Positions 29,500 to 37,715 of a stretch of DNA of 64,000 nucleotides are shown piece by piece; position 1 is the stretch's first letter, and each line of letters opens with the position of its first letter. Origin of the DNA: an uncultured bacterium (GTDB lineage: Bacteria; Eisenbacteria; RBG-16-71-46; CAIMUX01). Below the pieces are notes generated by a model. The model worked only from the letters and a program-made list of their open reading frames with translations, had not been told where the DNA came from and ran no database searches. A program made the position numbers and the translations under genes. The DNA is taken from positions 277,639 through 341,638 of the forward strand of contig CAYJLF010000001.1 in assembly GCA_964371055.1 (NCBI GenBank), in the 5' to 3' direction.

Positions 29500-30543
29500 A
29501 TGCGACTTGCCACCGGACTTTTCGCACTCTTGGTCCTGACCGCTCCGGCCGACGCGCAGCGGCTCTTCGTCGGTCTGGAGGGCACGGGGCTTCCCACCCG
29601 GTCCTCCGACCTGGCAGGGTTTCCCAATGTCTCCTGGAGCGATCACAACGCCTGCGATGTCAGCGGCGCCGCGGCCACTCCCGAAGGGGAACTCCTGATC
29701 TGCGCCGGCCCCTTCACGACACGGCTCTACCGCCTCGCGCTCAGCGGCTCGCCGGAGCTTCTGGCCACGATCTCGGTCGACATTCACGGCATGGGGTATG
29801 GGAACGGAACGCTCTACGGTTTCTCGAACTTCACCTCGCCGCGAGGGATCTACACGATCGACCGGACGACGGGGCAGGCCGCGCTGGCCGTCGACCTGGA
29901 CGCCTCGGGATTCCGCTTCTTCGCGCTCGACTTCAACCCGGACGACGGCCTGCTCTACGGGTACACCGAGTACGGTTCACCGACCGGTCTGTACTCCATC
30001 GATCCGGTCTCGGGCGCCACGACCTTCATCACGGGACCGATCCCGGCGTCCAATACGCAGGGACGCGCACTGGCGGTCGGCCATGGCACGATCTATCTGG
30101 CGGCGACGCGGGGCGCGGACGAGATCCCGCTCTATGCCTACGACCTCGAGGCGGGCGCACAGTGGGTGGCGTTCACAGCGCCCTATCCGCAGTCGAATGC
30201 GACGGGAGGCGCGGCCTGGATCCCGGCGCCCGCGAGCGGTCTGCCCGCGGGGAAGGATGCGTATGGACTCTCCCCCACCATCGACCTCGTCGCGCCAAAT
30301 CCGGTGCGCAACGGAGCGCGGGTCGCGTGGTCGCTTCCAGCCCCGGGTCGGTATCGCCTGGAACTGTTCGATGTGGCCGGACGGTGCGTGTCGGTGCTCG
30401 ACGCCGGGATGATCGATTCAGGCTCCTGGACGACGACCTGGAATCGGACGGTGGAGGGCGCCGGCCTGCCGGCGGGAACCTACTACCTCCGCTTGTGGAC
30501 GGAGGGCGGAGACGCCACGGCCCCGATTCGGCTCATCCGGTAG
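29500..30543 (+). CDS. Secreted beta-propeller-like protein with a FlgD-Ig-like C-terminal domain
   Basis: Signal peptide MRLATGLFALLVLTAPADA with an AGGAGG Shine-Dalgarno sequence. Repetitive LYG/IYT blades. C-terminus APNPVRNGARVAWSLPAPGRYRLELFDVAGRCVSVL... Confidence 0.55.
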   Translation: MRLATGLFALLVLTAPADAQRLFVGLEGTGLPTRSSDLAGFPNVSWSDHNACDVSGAAATPEGELLICAGPFTTRLYRLALSGSPELLATISVDIHGMGYGNGTLYGFSNFTSPRGIYTIDRTTGQAALAVDLDASGFRFFALDFNPDDGLLYGYTEYGSPTGLYSIDPVSGATTFITGPIPASNTQGRALAVGHGTIYLAATRGADEIPLYAYDLEAGAQWVAFTAPYPQSNATGGAAWIPAPASGLPAGKDAYGLSPTIDLVAPNPVRNGARVAWSLPAPGRYRLELFDVAGRCVSVLDAGMIDSGSWTTTWNRTVEGAGLPAGTYYLRLWTEGGDATAPIRLIR

Positions 30544-30568
30544 CGTTGGATCGGGGCGCGGACGGACA

Positions 30569-30943
30569 TCACGGGTGCAGAACGTGCTCGGCGGGGGCGA
30601 TCGCGCAACGGATCTCGGCGACGTCTCCGCCGGCGATCGTGATCTCGTAGTCGTCGTGGCTCTCGTCATCACTCTCAGGACACTCGGTCAGATCCGCGGG
30701 CACGACATGGGCCGCGAGCAGTTCCTCGCCGTTGAGCAGGGCGTCGATGAGACCCTGGTCACTGGCGTAGAGCGTGGCGGCCGCCCAGAGATTGCGCTGG
30801 TTGGAGAGGCACGAGGCGCGGCCGGCGCGTGCCCGGGTGCGCGCATAGTTGGGGGCCGCGATCGCAGCCAGAATGCCGATCACGACGCAGACGATCGCGA
30901 GTTCCACGAGGGTGAAGCCTGCCCGACGACGCGGTTCTGACAT
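30569..30943 (-). CDS. Prepilin-type N-terminal cleavage/methylation domain protein (type IV pilin or pseudopilin-like)
   Basis: RRRAGFTLVELAIVCVVIGILAAIAAPNY is the class III signal (G|FTLxE). AAGGAGG Shine-Dalgarno sequence. 124 aa. Solitary, with no pilus assembly genes nearby. Confidence 0.7.
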   Translation of the reverse strand: MSEPRRRAGFTLVELAIVCVVIGILAAIAAPNYARTRARAGRASCLSNQRNLWAAATLYASDQGLIDALLNGEELLAAHVVPADLTECPESDDESHDDYEITIAGGDVAEIRCAIAPAEHVLHP

Positions 30944-31215
30944 CGTCTCGCCCTCCTTTTCCTCCGGCGTCGCCCCGCCCCGTCCGGGCGCACGCCGGTC
31001 CGGAAGGACGATTCGTTCATCGCTGGTGCCAAAGAAAGTGGAGGGCGAGGGATCTTTCCCGCCCTGAGACGATTCGCGCCAATGATCTGCCGGACAAGGA
31101 GTTAGCGGGCGGCTACCGGGCTCCGCCCACCTCGGCCGCCACCCGGCCGGCCATGGACACAAGAGCGAACCGCAATGCCGGTTGCAGAGCGCGCGAACCG
31201 GGAAGAATCTTCCGC

Positions 31216-31746
31216 TCAGTCGTCTCCAGCCTCCGAGGCCGGTGTCTCCGCGATGCTCCGGCCGAGGATCAGGTGGGCCCGGGCCTCGCCGTGGCACCGC
31301 ACCACGCCGGGCAGACAACCCCAGCGTTCGAAGCCGGACTTCTCGAGCAGGCGGATGCTCGCACCATTCCCCTCGATGACAATGCCAAAGATGCTCCGGT
31401 GTCCGAGCGCGACCGCATGGGCGACCGCCGCGTGGACGAGCGCCGTCCCGACGCCGCGTCCCTGATGCGCGCCCGCCACGTAGTAGCTCAGCTCGGCCGC
31501 GTGCGCCGTCGCCGCCCGTCCCGGCCGCCAGGGCGACAGCGTGGCATACCCGATCACGGCGTCATCGAAAACCGCCACCAGGACGGGATAGCGCGGTTCC
31601 TGGTGCTCCGCGAACCAGGCCTGCCGTTCGGCCGCCGGCATCGGCGCCAGGTCGGCCGTCTGGAAGCGCCGCGCCACCGCTTCGTTGTAGATCGCGTCGA
31701 TGGCCCGCAGGTCGGCGGCGACCGCGGTCCGGATCGTCGTTCCCAT
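31216..31746 (-). CDS. GNAT-family N-acetyltransferase (phosphinothricin acetyltransferase-like)
   Basis: The segments AVIGYATLSPWRPGRAATAHAAELSYYVAGAHQGRGVGTALV resemble the acetyl-CoA-binding motifs A/B of PAT-type GNATs. Confidence 0.7.
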   Translation of the reverse strand: MGTTIRTAVAADLRAIDAIYNEAVARRFQTADLAPMPAAERQAWFAEHQEPRYPVLVAVFDDAVIGYATLSPWRPGRAATAHAAELSYYVAGAHQGRGVGTALVHAAVAHAVALGHRSIFGIVIEGNGASIRLLEKSGFERWGCLPGVVRCHGEARAHLILGRSIAETPASEAGDD

Positions 31747-31791
31747 GGGCCTGCCTGCCCCGGCTTGGATCCGCGGACGCGGACCGACTCC

Positions 31792-33465
31792 TTACCCGAT
31801 CGTCTTCTCCACTTCGGCGAGAATCATCGCCGCGCGCTCGACCGCCCGTGCCCTGGCCTGAACGGCCCGGCGGCGGACCGCCTCGACCCACGCGGCATCG
31901 GTCAGGCTCTTCAGGTTGATGACAACGTTGAGGTAGGCCCCCTCCGCGCAGGTTCGCGCACAGAGGGCCGCCACTCCGGCATCCGACACCGAATTGGGAT
32001 TGCCCGATCGCACGGTCTGTTCGGCCAGATCGAACACCTCGAGAGAGCGCTCGAGCACGGAGAGGGGGATCTCCGCGGCGCGCTGCGTCGCCTCCTGCAC
32101 CGCCGCTTCCTTCGCAGCTGCATCGGCCGGAGCCTTGCCCGGCAGCCGGAAGGCATCCATCACCCGGTTGAAGGCGCGCGTATCCTCGTCGACGGCCCAG
32201 AGGAACCAGTCCTTCAGTTCCTGTCCTTTGGGCGCGAGCGTCTTCATCGGCTCCCAGGAGGCGTCGAGCCCCTTCTTCCCGATCGTCAGGTTCGCCACCA
32301 TCGCGGCAAGCGCGCCGCCGAGCGCCCCACAGAGCGCGGCCACACTGCCGCCGCCGGGGGCCGGCGAATCGCTCGACAGCTCGTCGGCGAAACCGCGAAC
32401 CGTCAACTCCACCAGGGAGCCCTTCCGATCGGCCACCGCGTATTCGATCACCTTCTTGTCCAGATCGAACGGGGCCAGCTCCGACAGGCCGAGGGAACGG
32501 ACGGCGGTGTGCAGGATCTCCTTCTCGGGCACCCCGGTCGACTTGCCGGAGCGCGCGAGGTAGTACCGGCCGGCCTCGAGGAGTGCCCGCTTCGGGATCA
32601 ATCCGACCAGTTCGCTGCCGGTAACGCGCAGGCCTAGTCGGGCCGCCTCCTCGACACACGTCTCGAAGGCGACGTGCGGAGGGGTGACATTGGCGTCGAT
32701 CAGGTTGATGGAGACCTGCGCGCATCCGTACTCCTCGATCGTCCATCCGACCGCTCGCACCGCCTTGAGCCGGCCGGGGCTGTAGACCTTGTTGCCGTTC
32801 GCATCCAGGACCGTTTTGCCGGCGGCGTCTTTCTTCAATCGACCGTTTTCCCGGATGCTCAGCGCGACCTCGTGGGCCAGCTTCTTGTCGCGGGTATTGA
32901 GATTGACGTTGTACGCGATCAGGAACTCGCGCGCGCCGATGGCGGTGGCGCCGGTGCGCGGGTTGAACTCGGCCGGGCCGAAGTCGGGCTTCCAGGCCGG
33001 ATCGGCCAGCTTCTTCGGCAAACCCTCATACTCGCCCGATCGGATATTGGCCAGCGACTGGCGTTCGGGGGTCGCAGCAGCGCGGTCATAGAGGTAGACG
33101 GGGATCCCGAGGTCGCGCCCGACGCGGAGGCCCAGGCGGCGCGCGATCTCAGCACACTCCTCCATTGTGACACCGCTGACCGGAACGAAGGGGCAGACGT
33201 CCGTTGCTCCCATCCGGGGATGCTCCCCCTGATGCTTGCTCATATCGATCAGCTCGGCCGCCTTCGCAATGGCCCGAAACGCCGCCTCCCCGACCCCCGC
33301 GGGCGACCCGACCAGGGTAAAGACGGTACGGTTGGTCGCGGCGCCCGGATCGACGTCCAGCAGGCGAACCCCCTCCACCCCTCTGATCTCCGCGGCAATC
33401 GCATCCAGGACCGCCGCGTCCCTTCCCTCGCTGAAATTCGGGACACACTCGACCAGCTTCTGCAT
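31792..33465 (-). CDS. ftcD: Bifunctional glutamate formimidoyltransferase / formimidoyltetrahydrofolate cyclodeaminase (FTCD-like)
   Basis: N-terminus MQKLVECVPNFSEGRD (formiminotransferase FT domain) through ~aa 320, then a cyclodeaminase helical domain (ELSSDSPAPGGGSVAALCGALGGALAAMVANLT). Confidence 0.85.
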   Translation of the reverse strand: MQKLVECVPNFSEGRDAAVLDAIAAEIRGVEGVRLLDVDPGAATNRTVFTLVGSPAGVGEAAFRAIAKAAELIDMSKHQGEHPRMGATDVCPFVPVSGVTMEECAEIARRLGLRVGRDLGIPVYLYDRAAATPERQSLANIRSGEYEGLPKKLADPAWKPDFGPAEFNPRTGATAIGAREFLIAYNVNLNTRDKKLAHEVALSIRENGRLKKDAAGKTVLDANGNKVYSPGRLKAVRAVGWTIEEYGCAQVSINLIDANVTPPHVAFETCVEEAARLGLRVTGSELVGLIPKRALLEAGRYYLARSGKSTGVPEKEILHTAVRSLGLSELAPFDLDKKVIEYAVADRKGSLVELTVRGFADELSSDSPAPGGGSVAALCGALGGALAAMVANLTIGKKGLDASWEPMKTLAPKGQELKDWFLWAVDEDTRAFNRVMDAFRLPGKAPADAAAKEAAVQEATQRAAEIPLSVLERSLEVFDLAEQTVRSGNPNSVSDAGVAALCARTCAEGAYLNVVINLKSLTDAAWVEAVRRRAVQARARAVERAAMILAEVEKTIG

Positions 33466-33580
33466 ACAATCCCCTTACGCCGTGATCCCCGTCCGGGGCC
33501 GGGGGAGTATCCCCTCTCGCCGCCCCCACCCGGGGATCCGTCCGATAGCCAGAGGCCATTGTAGCGACGGGAGGTCCGAC

Positions 33581-34147
33581 ATGAAACGATCGCGGAATCT
33601 CGAGGCGGCACTTCTTGGTTCGGCCCTCGGGCTGGCCGCCATCCTCCTGGCCCTCGCTGGGCCGATCTCCTGCGGCGGCCGGAAGGCCCAGTCCTCCGGC
33701 GGCAGCGGCGTGTCCAACCAGCAAGGTCAGGGCTTCATCGTCCCGCTGAGGGAGCAACGGCGCTGGGCGTACGAGATCGACCCGACACCCGCGCTGGAGA
33801 AGAAGCCGGCCTACCTGCTCAAGACCATCGGCTTCCCGTCGCTCGGCAGCAGTCTCGACAACGAGGCTCTGGCCGTCCTGCGCGACGTGGCGACGATGAT
33901 GAAGGATCGCGCGAGGGTGAAGATCCTCTTCCTCGGACTGACCGACCAGGGGACAGAGAAGGTCAACGCCGAGAACCTGGGCCTGAACCGGGCGAAGGCC
34001 GCGCGCGATTTCGTGGCAGAACAGGGAGTCGAGAAGACGCGCACGACGATGGCGACCTTCGGCGCGCGGGCGGCCCAAGGCGATCCCCGCGACCCCGTTG
34101 CGCAGGAAAAGGACCGCCGCGTGGAGATCTGGTTAGTCGAGGAGTAG
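33581..34147 (+). CDS. OmpA-family (peptidoglycan-binding) lipoprotein
   Basis: Signal/lipobox LALAGPISCGG. C-terminal OmpA-like domain (LGLTDQGTEKVNAENLGLNRAKAARDFV...RRVEIWLV). GGGAGG Shine-Dalgarno sequence. Confidence 0.7.
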   Translation: MKRSRNLEAALLGSALGLAAILLALAGPISCGGRKAQSSGGSGVSNQQGQGFIVPLREQRRWAYEIDPTPALEKKPAYLLKTIGFPSLGSSLDNEALAVLRDVATMMKDRARVKILFLGLTDQGTEKVNAENLGLNRAKAARDFVAEQGVEKTRTTMATFGARAAQGDPRDPVAQEKDRRVEIWLVEE

Positions 34148-34188
34148 CGTTCGGGGGGTGGCGATGGAGGTGCGGCGATCGAGGTTGG

Positions 34189-36621
34189 CTAGCTGTCGCG
34201 GAGCAGCGCCTCCAGCCTCTCCCGCTGCGGATCGGTCTTCCCGTCCGCTACGGTCGGAGTGATCTCCAGGGCGCGCCTCCAGATCGTCCGCGCGGACTCC
34301 ATGTTCCCCATCCGCGCGTGGGCTGTGCCGAGGTTGTAGAGGAGCCCCGGCAGGCGCTCGTGTATGCGCGCGGCGGCTTCGTACGCCCCCACGGCCTCGG
34401 CCAACCGCTCCTGTTCCAGGTAGATGTTGCCGATGTTGTAGAGGATCGTCGGGTTTCCGGGAGCGCGCGCCAGGGCGCCCTGATAGCAGGCGAGCGCTTC
34501 GTCGACGCGTCCGTCCTGGCGCAGGAACCAGGCCTTCCGGAAGAGAGCCTGGGGAAGGTGTGGATCGGCCTCCAGCGCCCCTTCGAAGCTGGCGCGAGCC
34601 TCGCGTCCCTGACCGCGGGCCAGTTGCAGCTCGCCCAGTCCGACCAGAGCTTCCGCCGCGTCCGGCTCGAGGTCGAGCGCCCGCCGGTAGAGGGCCTCGG
34701 CGGCGGCCGGGTTTCGCGCCGCGATCTCCAACTCAGCCAGGCCGATCAGCGGCTCGGTCGCCTGCGGCGTGCGGCGGACCTGCTCCTCGATGGCCCGCCG
34801 GGCCCCGGGGAGATCTCCCTGCCGACGCAGGATCGTCCCGACCAGCAGGTGGATTCCCTCCCGCTCTGGTTCGCTGACCGCGAGCGCCCGGGCGATCTTC
34901 AACGCCTCGTCGGTCCGTCCCGCCAGGAGCGCGGCCGTGGCGCGCAGCTGGTGCACCTCGAGCTCATCGGGGACCCGCCCGCCGTGCACGGCGATCAGCT
35001 GATCGAAAGCCGCCAGCGCTTCGCCGCCACGCCCCATCTGCACGAGGAGAGATCCCTTCATCCGCAACGCCGTCTGGTCATTCGCGTGCTCGGCCAGCAC
35101 GGAGTCGATCACGGCCAGCGCGGCGGGATAGCGTCGTTCGGCCGAGAGCGCGCGCGCCACGTCGATCCGGCGAAGTGCGTCGATCATGAGCTTGGGATCG
35201 ATCGGCTCGCCCGGCCGGACGGTCGCCATGCCCGCTCCCAGGTACCCCAGTGACCGCAGCCTCTCGGCCGTCTCCGCATCCATGGCGACCTGGCCCGCGT
35301 CACCGCCCGCATCCTTCTTGATGACCTGCTCGAGCGAGGCGGTCAGGGCCCCCACCACACGTCGCTCGCCGGTCACGCGATTCTGCAGTTCTCCGGGATC
35401 GGCGGCGCGATCGTAGAGCTCCGGCTGCGGCGCGCGGATGTACTTCCAACGCTCGGTCTCGAGGGCCCGCAGCTCGGCCAGGCCATGCTCGAGTTTCGGC
35501 GCGAGCGACTCGAGGTAGACCCAGGAGCGTCCTGGAGCATCCCCGGCCGCGACGGGGAGCAGGCTGAGGCCGTGACACGGAGGACGGGCCTCGTCCGCCA
35601 CGCCGGCCAGGTTCAGGATCGTCGGGAAGATGTCGGCCAGCGAGACCAGGGCATCCACGCGCCGGCCGCGCCAGGCCGCCTCCCGCCACGGTCCCGTCTC
35701 CGGCAGGCGAAGGAGGAGCGGCACGTCCTGCGTGGCCCCATAGATGAAATAGCCGTGGGTCCCTTCGCCGTGCTCGCCCCGGCTCTCCCCGTGGTCGGCC
35801 GCGACCACGACGGCGGTCCGGTCCAGGACTCCCATCTCCCGCAGGCCGTCGAGGAAGAGGCCGATCTGCGCATCCATGTAAGCGATCTCGCCAAGGTAAG
35901 GATCCGCGGGGTGCGCGCTGCGGTACGGCTCCGGCGGATCGTAGGGGAAGTGCGGATCGAAGTAGTGCAGCCAGAGCAGAAAGGGACCCTGCCGATGCTC
36001 GCGAACCCAGTCCAGGCCGAGCCCGGTCACCTCGGCGGCACGGCGCTGGGCCGCGTCGTTCTCGTTCACTCCACCCGCCTCCAGGAAGGCGTCGTCGTAG
36101 GTGTCGAATCCCTGGTTCAGCCCGAACTGGGCCGCAACCGGGAAGGCGCCGACGATCGCACCGGTGGCATACCCGCGCTCCCGGAGGATCTCGGCGAAGG
36201 TCTGCTTGTCGGGTCCGAGCACATGAGTGCCGTTGTTGCGCACGGCGTGCCGGTAGGGCCAGAGGCCGGTCATCATCGTCGCGTGGGACGGGAGGGTGAG
36301 CGGCGTCGGGCTCTTCGCCCGTTCGAAGAGAACTCCGTCGGCGGCCAGCGCGTCCAGATGCGGAGTCACGGCGGGACCCGAGCGCCGGTAGCAGGAGAGG
36401 TGATCCCGGCGGGTCGTATCCAGGGACAGGAGGATGATGTTCGGCGGCGGGCCATCAGGGACGGCCGCCCACGCGCCATACCGCCCGATTCTAGACTCCA
36501 GCGTGGAGAGCTCGGGCGCCGGGGCCTGCGGCGCGCAGCCCGGGGCCGAGAGCCCCATGAGCAGGATCGCCCCCAGAAGCCACGCGCCGGGCGACCGGAA
36601 GAGGCGGGAATGACTCCTCAC
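34189..36621 (-). CDS. Sulfatase-family (alkaline-phosphatase superfamily) enzyme fused to a C-terminal TPR-repeat domain. Start uncertain
   Basis: Sulfatase active-site region IILLSLDTTRRDHLSCY (the Cys that would be formylglycine-modified) ...TPLTLPSHATMMTG. More than eight TPR repeats at the C-terminus. Neither candidate start has a clear Shine-Dalgarno sequence. Confidence 0.7.
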   Translation of the reverse strand: MRSHSRLFRSPGAWLLGAILLMGLSAPGCAPQAPAPELSTLESRIGRYGAWAAVPDGPPPNIILLSLDTTRRDHLSCYRRSGPAVTPHLDALAADGVLFERAKSPTPLTLPSHATMMTGLWPYRHAVRNNGTHVLGPDKQTFAEILRERGYATGAIVGAFPVAAQFGLNQGFDTYDDAFLEAGGVNENDAAQRRAAEVTGLGLDWVREHRQGPFLLWLHYFDPHFPYDPPEPYRSAHPADPYLGEIAYMDAQIGLFLDGLREMGVLDRTAVVVAADHGESRGEHGEGTHGYFIYGATQDVPLLLRLPETGPWREAAWRGRRVDALVSLADIFPTILNLAGVADEARPPCHGLSLLPVAAGDAPGRSWVYLESLAPKLEHGLAELRALETERWKYIRAPQPELYDRAADPGELQNRVTGERRVVGALTASLEQVIKKDAGGDAGQVAMDAETAERLRSLGYLGAGMATVRPGEPIDPKLMIDALRRIDVARALSAERRYPAALAVIDSVLAEHANDQTALRMKGSLLVQMGRGGEALAAFDQLIAVHGGRVPDELEVHQLRATAALLAGRTDEALKIARALAVSEPEREGIHLLVGTILRRQGDLPGARRAIEEQVRRTPQATEPLIGLAELEIAARNPAAAEALYRRALDLEPDAAEALVGLGELQLARGQGREARASFEGALEADPHLPQALFRKAWFLRQDGRVDEALACYQGALARAPGNPTILYNIGNIYLEQERLAEAVGAYEAAARIHERLPGLLYNLGTAHARMGNMESARTIWRRALEITPTVADGKTDPQRERLEALLRDS

Positions 36622-36979
36622 CGCCAACCGCGGCTGAAAGCGCGTCGTTGCATCCACGTGGCAGCGACCCCAATCCCGGAAACGGCCGAGCGACAGGCCG
36701 TGGGACCCATCGCCGTCCGTCTGCCGTCGTTCGCGATTCCATTGGTTCTGCGTCCCATCCGGCCCGCGACCCTGACTCATCCTGATCAGGAGGGGCCATC
36801 GATCCCAACGATGCCGGATGTAGTCAACGATAGTTGAGATCATCGGTCTTGGCAAGTCCAAAGATCAGGTTTTGACTGATCAGCATCCTCGCCATTGGCG
36901 ATCCCAGAGCAGGGTATCTCGCTCTAACGGACCGAACGGTATTGAGTTACCTCATCTCAATGAACGGCGATGACCTCCG

Positions 36980-37462
36980 CTAGTAATCGAGCGTCAGGAT
37001 CCGGCCTTCCGTGAACGAGAAGAACTCATCTCGGTCAGCCAGCTTCACCCCCTCCACCAGGTCGGCCTCGGAGAATCCGGCCACTTTCAGGCAGGTCGGA
37101 CAGGCCCGCACGCGCACACCCTTCGCCAGCATGTTCCGCAACGACTCTTTCGCTCCCGGGAAGGGCTCGAGCGTGACGTCCGGGGCGTCCTTCGTCAGCA
37201 GGCCGACCGCCTTGATGTCACAGTAGACGAGGACGGGACGTCCACTCTCCGCCACCACTCCCGCCATCCTGAAGGCCATCAGCAGTCGATGGGGATCATC
37301 CACGCCATGGCTGACGTGCAGGAGAAGACCGTCCGCGGTGTTCGCCCCCGCGACGGCCTCGCCGGCGGGTGGCTCGTCCGCCGCCGAGCGCCCCTGGATC
37401 AGCGCTACGCTGGCCAGCACCACCATGGCCAGGCCGAGAACAACGATCCACCTCGTCCTCAT
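36980..37462 (-). CDS. DsrE/DsrF-like family protein with an N-terminal signal peptide
   Basis: MRTRWIVVLGLAMVVLASVALIQG signal, then a DsrE-like fold with VYCD and CPTC Cys motifs. AAGGAGAG Shine-Dalgarno sequence. TAG stop. Confidence 0.55.
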   Translation of the reverse strand: MRTRWIVVLGLAMVVLASVALIQGRSAADEPPAGEAVAGANTADGLLLHVSHGVDDPHRLLMAFRMAGVVAESGRPVLVYCDIKAVGLLTKDAPDVTLEPFPGAKESLRNMLAKGVRVRACPTCLKVAGFSEADLVEGVKLADRDEFFSFTEGRILTLDY

Positions 37463-37715
37463 CGATCTCTCCTTTCGCACCGCACCCGTGAACTCGCCGG
37501 ACATCGTCTCCTTCCCGGCGTCCTCTGCCGCAGGTACCACCGTGCCAGGGCGGGCGCAAGTCAGATCACGGGCGACGGCCTCGCCGGCTCCGACCCGTCA
37601 TCGGTTATACTCATCCTGGTCTCCAAACTTTCGCGTTGCGCTGGGATCGCGGCCCCGCCGCGATCGTCACAGGGCGACCCGTCCGCCACCCCCGCCGGTC
37701 ATCCCTGGAGGGACG

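Noticed and set aside
30944-31215. Possible sigma54 (-24/-12) promoter upstream of the pilin-like gene; TGGCAC is present on the minus strand
   Set aside because: The -12 element is absent: GA sits where GC is required, and there is no TTGC at the correct spacing.
36862-36979. Low-GC intergenic segments at 36862..36979 and 56461..56596, examined as possible tRNA/sRNA genes or insertion scars
   Set aside because: They have no tRNA cloverleaf features (no GTTCGAAT-like T-arm and no acceptor-stem complementarity), no direct repeats flanking them and no transposase remnants. They are more simply explained as promoter/terminator spacers.
37338-37715. 126-aa N-terminal extension of the C25-like ORF (track start at 37338)
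   Set aside because: It overlaps the DsrE-like gene on the opposite strand and is Pro/Arg/Ser-rich with no signal peptide. The signal peptide and a GGAGGG Shine-Dalgarno sequence appear at the ATG at 37716.
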